Both the position numbers and the translations under genes were made by a program. From Tetragenococcus halophilus (GTDB lineage: Bacteria > Bacillota > Bacilli > Lactobacillales > Enterococcaceae): 24,000 bases of DNA. The DNA lies in assembly GCF_021474685.1 (NCBI RefSeq), contig NZ_JAKEIT010000001.1, forward strand, positions 187,915 through 211,914, read 5' to 3'. The notes beneath the pieces are model-generated. The model saw only the letters and a program-made list of their open reading frames with translations, was not told the origin of the DNA and did not search any database. Below, in pieces: positions 17,895-24,000 of the stretch (position 1 is the stretch's first letter; each line of letters opens with the position of its first letter).

Positions 17895-20327
17895 TTATTC
17901 CTGAGGTTCCCCTTGATAATTATCATCTGCCGGATCTTGAGCTTTGTCTACTAAAACTTTACGTGGTTTACTACCTTCTGAAGCTCCTACAACATGATTG
18001 GCTTCTAGTTCATCCACTAAGCGAGCAGCTCTATTATAACCAATCCTAAAGCGTCGTTGAAGCAAGGAAACACTGGCTGTTTGCATGTCCACGACTAATT
18101 CTTTGGCTTGATCGTACAACTCATCTTCGGATTCTTCTTTTTTATTATCTTTGGCGATCTCTTCGTCACTGACCATCATTTTCTCTTCGTAATTTGCCCC
18201 TTGCTGATCAGTCACAAATTTAACAACTTCTTCTACTTCATGATCAGAAATGAATGCTCCTTGTACCCGGATTCCTTTATTTTCACCCATTGGTAAAAAT
18301 AACATATCTCCGCGTCCAAGTAATTTTTCCGCACCATTGGAATCAATAATAGTACGCGAATCCGTACCGCTAGATACCGCAAAAGCAACTCGCGAAGGAA
18401 CATTAGCTTTGATAATCCCTGTAATGACATCCACACTTGGGCGTTGTGTTGCTAAAATCATATGGATCCCCGCAGCACGGGCCATCTGTGCTAAACGGGT
18501 AATAGCATCTTCTACCTCATTACTAGCGACCATCATCAAGTCAGCCAACTCATCTACAATAACCACGATAAATGGCATTGTCGGGTACTTCTGATCTTCC
18601 GTTTGATTTTTTTGTTTAATCATTTCATTATAACCAGTAATATTACGTACCCCTGTTGCCGCAAATTTTTCATAACGTTCTTCCATTTCTTTCACGACTT
18701 TTTGTAAAGCTTGTGCTGCTTTTTTAGGATTAGTTACAACAGGCGTTAAAAGATGAGGGATACCGTTATAAACATTTAACTCTACCATTTTTGGATCAAC
18801 CATCATCAATTTGACTTCATGTGGTTTGGCCTGCATTAAAATGCTAGTAATAATGCCATTAATAGACACCGATTTCCCACTACCAGTAGATCCTGCAACA
18901 AGTAGATGGGGCATCTTCGTCAAATCAACGGTCTGTATTTTCCCCGAAATATCTCGTCCTAATGGCACTTCAAGTAAGTGGTCAGGATGAGCGGGCGTTT
19001 CATCAATCATTTCCTTAAAGGCTACGGTGCTAACAGTTTCATTAGGGACCTCGATACCTATGAGAGATTTACCTGGAATAGGAGCTTCCATTCGAATGTC
19101 TTTAGCAGCAAGGGCTAAAGCAATATCATCTGAAAGATTAACAATTTTACTAACTTTAACTCCGATCGCCGGTTCTATTTCAAATTTTGTTACAGAAGGT
19201 CCTAAACTAGCTTTAACAACCTTAGCATTCACACCAAAGCTTTTGAATGTTTTTTCCAAAATCGTGATATTTTTTTCAATTTTTTTATATTCATCGCTTT
19301 GATCTGTCGATTTCACTTCAGTTAAAAGAGAGGACGGCGGTAATTCATAATCTTCATCCTCAACTTCTTGTGAGATTTCAAATTCAAGTGGTTTACCATC
19401 ATCTTCTGCTTCTTCGGCTGAAGCTTCATCTTTTCTTTCATTTTCTGCTTTTTTGTTTGTCGTTTGACTTTGTTGATAGCTATCAATAGGAACAAAACTT
19501 AACTGTTCTGCTTCACCACTGGCCTCATCTTTTTGGTCTTGAGCTAATTTTTCTGCCTCAGATAAAGAGCGAACTTGGTTTTTTTCCTGCTCTTTTACTT
19601 GCTGTAAAGCAGCTTCTCTTTCTTGTGCCTGTTTTTGCTCTTTTTGTTCTCTTTTTGCTTGTTTCTTTGCTTTTCTATCTGCTTGCTTTTGCGCTTTTTT
19701 CTCTGGATCCCCTTCAATGAACTTTTGTATCTTTTCCTTTAAGCCATGTAAAAGTTCTAATAATTGTTGGCTATCCATTGAACTTATAAAGTAAGCACCT
19801 AAAATAACCAGAAGGACTGCAACTACATAACTACCTACCTTGGAAACAAGAAAGAAGGTCATCTGATAAAGTAAAGCACCTAGCATACCGCCTCCCACAT
19901 TAGCACTCACTTGACTATTTTGAATATCGCTGACTAAAGTCTGCCAAGTCGTTGCTAAAAACTGTGGATCGGAGGTTTGGACTCTGCCGAATAATTGCGC
20001 ATGGAAAAAAATTAATACACCTAAATAAATGAGGATCCCGCCAAAAATTTTTCCTCCATAGGAGATTTTTCCCTTTCTTGGCTCGTTATTTTTAAACATT
20101 ACCCATGAACCATAGATGATTAACAAAGCACAAAGGAAAGGATAAGTATTACCGCCGATAATACGAAAACCATTAGCGATCAACGTTCCTAAAAAGCCCA
20201 GTTGAAATAATGCAAATACACCAAATAAGATAAATAAAAATCCAAAAGCAATCAGCGTTAACTTTTCTTGCTGACGCATCTGCTTTTTTGTTTTACGTTT
20301 TTTTGAACGTTTCTTTTTTTGTGCCAT
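17895..20327 (-). CDS. ftsK: DNA translocase FtsK/SpoIIIE
   Basis: I place the start at ATG 20327..20325 behind AAAGGAGGG; the track's 20354 start lacks an RBS. N-terminal TM segments and a K/E/Q-rich linker. Motor domain with Walker A GSTGSGKS and Walker [11 protein letters not shown]. Gamma w[26 protein letters not shown]. Confidence 0.95.
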   Translation of the reverse strand: MAQKKKRSKKRKTKKQMRQQEKLTLIAFGFLFILFGVFALFQLGFLGTLIANGFRIIGGNTYPFLCALLIIYGSWVMFKNNEPRKGKISYGGKIFGGILIYLGVLIFFHAQLFGRVQTSDPQFLATTWQTLVSDIQNSQVSANVGGGMLGALLYQMTFFLVSKVGSYVVAVLLVILGAYFISSMDSQQLLELLHGLKEKIQKFIEGDPEKKAQKQADRKAKKQAKREQKEQKQAQEREAALQQVKEQEKNQVRSLSEAEKLAQDQKDEASGEAEQLSFVPIDSYQQSQTTNKKAENERKDEASAEEAEDDGKPLEFEISQEVEDEDYELPPSSLLTEVKSTDQSDEYKKIEKNITILEKTFKSFGVNAKVVKASLGPSVTKFEIEPAIGVKVSKIVNLSDDIALALAAKDIRMEAPIPGKSLIGIEVPNETVSTVAFKEMIDETPAHPDHLLEVPLGRDISGKIQTVDLTKMPHLLVAGSTGSGKSVSINGIITSILMQAKPHEVKLMMVDPKMVELNVYNGIPHLLTPVVTNPKKAAQALQKVVKEMEERYEKFAATGVRNITGYNEMIKQKNQTEDQKYPTMPFIVVIVDELADLMMVASNEVEDAITRLAQMARAAGIHMILATQRPSVDVITGIIKANVPSRVAFAVSSGTDSRTIIDSNGAEKLLGRGDMLFLPMGENKGIRVQGAFISDHEVEEVVKFVTDQQGANYEEKMMVSDEEIAKDNKKEESEDELYDQAKELVVDMQTASVSLLQRRFRIGYNRAARLVDELEANHVVGASEGSKPRKVLVDKAQDPADDNYQGEPQE

Positions 20328-20359
20328 GTGATCCCTCCTTTCACTCTTAACCATTATAC

Positions 20360-20392
20360 AAAAAAAAAGAAGGGAACAAAAGTTTCTTCCCT
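20360..20392 (-). terminator. Terminator after the amino-acid ABC operon
   Basis: Stem AGGGAA/TTCCCT (20371..20392) followed on the minus strand by a T9 run. A TGTATAAT -10 for ftsK follows directly (20358..20353). Confidence 0.65.
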
Positions 20393-20411
20393 ACTTTCTT
20401 TCACTTTTTTA

Positions 20412-21206
20412 TCAATCCATAGAAACATCTTCACCAAACCATTTTTCTGAAATCTCTGCAAATTCACCATTTTCCTGCAGTTCATTAAAGCCGTTATTAA
20501 TTTCTTCTAATAACTCATCGTCATCTTTTCTGATACCTACAGCAAAATTCTCATCTTCATACGGTGTTTCAACAAGATTAAAGTCATCCGTTTGTTCATT
20601 TTGTTTCAAGTAATATTCAGCATACACTCTATCAATCAACAATCCGTCAATACGACCGTTTTCTAAATCAATAAAAGCTTCATTGAAACTATCATAAAGT
20701 GTAGCATCCTCACTATCCACTCTGTCTTTTAATACTTCAGGATTTTGTGTAAAAGAGTTATAGCCAGAAGAACCTTCTTGTGCGCCTAGTATCTTTCCAT
20801 CCATTTCCTCAACAGAATCAATACCACTGTCTTTAGTAGTAACTAACAGTTGGCTATTACTCATATAAGGCTCAGAAAATGCTACCTTTTCTTCGCGTTC
20901 TGGTGTTTGACTATAACCATTCCAAATCAGATCAATGGTTTCATTGTTTAGTTCTGTTTCTTTCATAGACCAATCAATGGTTTGAAAAGCAACCGTAGTG
21001 TCATTTAACGCAAATACCGCTTTAGCTAAATCAATATCAAAGCCTGTTAAATTTCCATCATCATCACGAAATCCCATAGGAACAAATGTGTCGTCTAAAC
21101 CAATCACGACATCTGCATCTTTTGCATCATTATTTTCTCCAGATGAACAGGCACTCAATAGAAAAATACTGATTAACATAAGAGCGAATCCTTTGAACTT
21201 TTTCAT
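20412..21206 (-). CDS. Polar amino-acid ABC transporter substrate-binding lipoprotein
   Basis: 264 aa. Lipobox LLSACS. Family-3 SBP blocks (DTFVPMGF, IDLIWNGY). Confidence 0.88.
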   Translation of the reverse strand: MKKFKGFALMLISIFLLSACSSGENNDAKDADVVIGLDDTFVPMGFRDDDGNLTGFDIDLAKAVFALNDTTVAFQTIDWSMKETELNNETIDLIWNGYSQTPEREEKVAFSEPYMSNSQLLVTTKDSGIDSVEEMDGKILGAQEGSSGYNSFTQNPEVLKDRVDSEDATLYDSFNEAFIDLENGRIDGLLIDRVYAEYYLKQNEQTDDFNLVETPYEDENFAVGIRKDDDELLEEINNGFNELQENGEFAEISEKWFGEDVSMD

Positions 21207-21218
21207 TTTCTTCCCTCC

Positions 21219-21854
21219 CTATTTGATATCCTCTACTTCTAATAAATTATCAGCAATATTTTCAGCAAAGGTCATATCGTGGGTAACCACCAATTGAGTC
21301 ACGCCTTGTTGTTTTAAATCTAATATAATTTTTTCAACATGTTCCCGTAAAGCTGGGTCTAATGCACTGGTAGGTTCATCATAAGCTAAAACTTTAGGGT
21401 TCATCGCCATCGCTCTAGCAATTGCTACCCTTTGTTTTTGCCCACCAGATAACTGGTAAGGATATTGTTGCATTAACGTTTCTATACCTAGCTGACTAGC
21501 AATCTTTTTTGCTTTTTGAGTATAAACTTCTTTTTCTTCTTTTAAAACTAGTTTAGGCGCCAATACAATATTTTCAAATACACTTAAATGAGGAAAAAGC
21601 TCAAACTCTTGAAAAACAACACCTACGACTTGTTCCTGTTGTTTTGAATTTATAGGATCAAATTTTTCTCCATCTAATAAAAAATCTCCATTATCCACCG
21701 TTTCTAAACCTGCCAAGGTCCGCAATAGTGTCGTTTTCCCTCCCCCAGAGGGACCCACGATAGCTAAAATCGATCCATCAGGAATGGTTAAATCCAATGA
21801 GTTGATGATTTTTTTTGAACCAAAAGATTTACTGATATTTTTAAGTTCTAACAT
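21219..21854 (-). CDS. Polar amino-acid ABC transporter ATP-binding protein
   Basis: 211 aa. Walker A GPSGGGKTT, signature LSGGQKQR, Walker B VLAYDEPTSALD. Confidence 0.92.
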   Translation of the reverse strand: MLELKNISKSFGSKKIINSLDLTIPDGSILAIVGPSGGGKTTLLRTLAGLETVDNGDFLLDGEKFDPINSKQQEQVVGVVFQEFELFPHLSVFENIVLAPKLVLKEEKEVYTQKAKKIASQLGIETLMQQYPYQLSGGQKQRVAIARAMAMNPKVLAYDEPTSALDPALREHVEKIILDLKQQGVTQLVVTHDMTFAENIADNLLEVEDIK

Positions 21855-21866
21855 GTGTTTTTCCTC

Positions 21867-22514
21867 CTAACGATAATAATTCATGCGTTTTTCCAAAAGA
21901 CGAAGAATGAGTGTAAAAACTGCTGTCATAAGAAGATATAAAATCCCTACTCCTAACAGCGGAACTAATGAAACATCACGCTCCATCGCTACCTTTCCAA
22001 TCCGCATTACGTCTTGTAATCCTAGAATATAAACTAATGAAGTATCTTTCACCAAGTTAATAATCTCATTTCCTACAGAAGGTAAGGTCACTTTTACCAC
22101 TTGAGGAACAATGATTTTCCGTAAAGTTTGACCGTAAGTCAAGCGTAGAACTCGGGCTGCTTCATATTGACCGTTAGGTATGGATTGAATACCTCCCCGG
22201 AAAATTTCGGCAAAATAAGCGGCATAATTAAAAATAAAAGCAATCAATGCTGCGTCAAAACGGTCAAAAACCAAACCTATAAGTGGTAAACCATAAAATA
22301 CAAAAATCAGTTGTAGTAAAAGTGGCGTCCCGCGCATCAACCAGACATAAATTTGAATAATAGGTTTGAAAATTTTCGATCGACTACACAATACAAATGC
22401 TAAGATAATACCAATAGGAACTGAACCAATAATTGTTAAAGCAAATAAACGAAAAGTGACTGCCATTCCATTAAACAATTGTGGAAAAATAGAAATTAAA
22501 TACTCCATATACAT
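21867..22514 (-). CDS. Polar amino-acid ABC transporter permease (His/Glu/Gln/Arg/opine family)
   Basis: 215 aa, 5-TM permease. The real start is probably the second ATG (22508), 7 nt after AAAGGAGA. Confidence 0.9.
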   Translation of the reverse strand: MYMEYLISIFPQLFNGMAVTFRLFALTIIGSVPIGIILAFVLCSRSKIFKPIIQIYVWLMRGTPLLLQLIFVFYGLPLIGLVFDRFDAALIAFIFNYAAYFAEIFRGGIQSIPNGQYEAARVLRLTYGQTLRKIIVPQVVKVTLPSVGNEIINLVKDTSLVYILGLQDVMRIGKVAMERDVSLVPLLGVGILYLLMTAVFTLILRLLEKRMNYYR

Positions 22515-22519
22515 TCTCC

Positions 22520-22666
22520 TTTAAAATAAAAATATCCTCTGGTTTTACCCAGAGGACGCAAAAATACGTGGTTCCACCCCAATTTATCTTTTCCTCACAG
22601 AAAAGACCTCAGTAAGTTATCAATCGAAAAATAAAAACGTCCTTTAGCCAAACGGCTAAAGGACGT
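22520..22666 (-). promoter_or_regulatory. First terminator plus a second, partial T-box module (stem III, T-box sequence, second terminator; no stem I)
   Basis: Terminator 1 is ACGTCCTTTAGCC/GGCTAAAGGACGT (22637..22666) plus a U-run. A repeat of the upstream 3' half follows: UUGAUAACUUACUGAG, hairpin UCUUUUC-UGUGAG-GAAAAGA, T-box sequence UUGGGGUGGAACCACG (22580..22566), and terminator TCCTCTGG/CCAGAGGA (22535..22556) plus a U-run. Confidence 0.7.
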
Positions 22667-22895
22667 AAATTACGCGGTTCCACCTTTATTTATTCATTCT
22701 TTACAGAATAAAACTCAGTAAGTCATCAATCAATAACTTTGGCTATAACGGGCTGCCCGGACTTTTCTACTTCATTCAAAAAGACGACTCCAAGATGTGG
22801 TTCACCATAATTTTATTGTTTCTTCTCACCAGACAGAAACTCTCTTAAAACAAAACTAAAGTTACTCTTCTTGTTCGATGTCATTTATTTAAGTT
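22667..22895 (-). promoter_or_regulatory. T-box riboswitch leader (complete unit), probable His (CAC) specifier
   Basis: Minus strand: AGAGUA, the AAGAGAG bulge, and the distal loop UUUCU-GUCUGGUGAGA-AGAAA. Specifier-loop 3' side is GGUGAAC-CAC-A-U before the closing CUUG (CAC at 22799..22797). Stem III is AUUCU-GUAA-AGAAU. T-box sequence AAAGGUGGAACCGCG (22687..22673). The terminator at 22637..22666 lies just downstream on the minus strand, outside these coordinates. Confidence 0.85.
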
Positions 22896-22902
22896 GTTGC
22901 CT

Positions 22903-22931
22903 AGTCTACGTGTAGTAGACAAAAATGTCAA
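22903..22931 (-). promoter_or_regulatory. Sigma-A promoter of the T-box leader
   Basis: Minus strand TTGACA (22931..22926), 17-nt spacer, TAGACT (22908..22903). Confidence 0.65.
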
Positions 22932-23000
22932 GTATTTTTGTTGGAAAAATTTCTCTGTTTCAACTATTGTAAAGCACTGTTAAAATTAAAAGTTCGATTT

Positions 23001-23373
23001 CTATTTGCTGACCTTAGGTCAAAAGTTATGCTAACGGTCCCTTCTTTGTTTGAACTTCGGACCAATTACTCCGTTCATGGCCCTTTCTTTGCCAAACTTT
23101 GGGATAGTTACTCTATCCATGGCCCTTACCTAACCGTACTTAGGGACAATTGCCGAATAATTGGCCCTTCTTTTGCTTGACCTAGGGACAGATGCCAAAT
23201 AGTTGGCCCTTACTTTGCCGTACTTAGGTTAGAAAATCTTATTTGCTGACCTTACTTTGCCAAACTTAGGTCAGGAAATCTAACTTGCTAACCCTTCTTT
23301 GCTATACTTGGGTCAGAAAACTCTATTTGCTGACCCTAGTTCTTTACAGGTGGGTCCGCATTTCCGTTTGGCG
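23001..23373. repeat. Array of about 8-9 degenerate 42-43-bp direct tandem repeats, each carrying a short inverted repeat
   Basis: Unit starts at about 23010 (truncated, 26 nt), 23036, 23079, 23121, 23163, 23205, 23248, 23290 and 23332. Consensus is roughly GRCCCTTMCTTTGCCNAACTTAGGKNCAGAAAATCTNATTTGCT. Internal hairpin example: GACCT-N15-AGGTC (23248..23272). Units are head-to-tail with no spacers. Confidence 0.8.
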
Positions 23374-23431
23374 AAATTACAACTTTTGGTTACAATGAAA
23401 AAAACAGTTATATTTGAAAGGCAGATTAAAC

Positions 23432-24000
23432 ATGAATCAGCAAAAACTACAAGAAATTTATCCTGCGTCCTCTTTACATTCTTTTCCTACAATTAGCGAG
23501 GATTATTTATCCATCGCTGTAACGCACGGTTTTTTGTGGATTCCAAAGGAAAATCTATCTCCAAGCGAAGAAAAGTTATTACAAAGCATAGCTGATACTG
23601 ACTTAACAAATAATCTCCAAGATGGAAAGCATGATCACCCTTGGTATGCTGCTTTGTTTTTGAATGAAGTTATTCCAGCAAGTAAAGGAAGCTTTCGTTT
23701 GATTCAATTCGAAAACCATACTTTAGAAAAAAACGAACTTTTAGCTTTGCAAGAAGAAATGACCACGATTTTACCTCATACTGTCGATTTATTTTTCCTT
23801 AGTAAAAGTTATGGTGTCATTGTCGAATCTTTTAGTGAAGATGCTTTATCCACTGAAGAATTAGAAGGACTTTTTCTAGCCTTAGATAGTGATTTTAATA
23901 GTTATACACGGTTTTTTTGTGGAGCATTCCATTCTTTTGAAAAAAATTTTACGCAACTTTTTTACGAAGAAGAGCAGTTATTTCTTCACGCATTAAATGA
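23432..24000 (+). CDS. Hypothetical protein, N-terminal part (continues beyond window end); possibly a PucR/CdaR-like regulator N-domain
   Basis: Open frame from ATG 23432 (GAAAGG about 10 nt upstream) to the window end: MNQQKLQEIYPASSLHSFPTISEDYLSIAVTHGFLWIPKENLSPSEEKLL... The family assignment is a weak impression only. Confidence 0.45.
   Translation, partial: MNQQKLQEIYPASSLHSFPTISEDYLSIAVTHGFLWIPKENLSPSEEKLLQSIADTDLTNNLQDGKHDHPWYAALFLNEVIPASKGSFRLIQFENHTLEKNELLALQEEMTTILPHTVDLFFLSKSYGVIVESFSEDALSTEELEGLFLALDSDFNSYTRFFCGAFHSFEKNFTQLFYEEEQLFLHALN

Noticed and set aside
16763-20354. Longer N-termini given by the ORF track for oppA (start 16804) and ftsK (start 20354)
   Set aside because: For oppA, the internal start at 16762 has a canonical RBS and yields a proper lipoprotein signal peptide. 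For ftsK, the internal start at 20327 has a canonical RBS. The extended starts lack RBSs, and for ftsK the 20354 start sits only 6 nt downstream of the upstream terminator (20360..20392) and overlaps the -10 (20358..20353).
23001-23373. CRISPR array interpretation of the 42-bp periodic repeats
   Set aside because: The units are contiguous with no unique spacers between them. They are degenerate rather than near-identical, and no cas genes or leader are present.
22938-23496. Track ORFs 22938..23180 (80 aa) and 23299..23496 (65 aa) as protein-coding genes
   Set aside because: Both run through the tandem-repeat array and give repetitive, low-complexity peptides. They lack a convincing RBS. The second overlaps, out of frame, the better-supported ORF starting at 23432.

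Overview
Low-GC Firmicutes chromosome, Lactobacillales (Enterococcus-like by gene content). Almost all genes are on the minus strand. Housekeeping genes: a PII-type P-type ATPase behind a probable yybP-ykoY (Mn2+) riboswitch, metG, an NrtR-like Nudix protein, mgtE, ftsK, a peptidase C26/GATase-like gene and a T-box-controlled amino-acid ABC transporter. The accessory centre is 8.3-16.8 kb. It holds an oligopeptide ABC system: oppA, then an opposite-strand small membrane gene, then oppBCDF. The last cistron of that operon is a 332-aa TnpB (IS605 OrfB) homolog. It has lost the first RuvC aspartate (GIDLG is GIAYC here) and the whole C-terminal zinc-finger/RuvC-III region. About 190 nt of structured, terminator-capped sequence follows it, positioned like a transposon omega-RNA. 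I read this as a domesticated, nuclease-dead, RNA-guided TnpB derivative (TldR-type repressor) tied to the opp operon. It is not an active IS. I could not find its DNA target in this window. Just downstream, a clear M-box (Mg2+) riboswitch with its own promoter and terminator is cut off from its mgtE gene by a complete IS200-like element (Y1 transposase tnpA). The right end of the window has a T-box leader (probable His specifier) whose 3' half is duplicated in tandem, and an array of about 8 degenerate 42-bp hairpin-containing tandem repeats upstream of a partial ORF.
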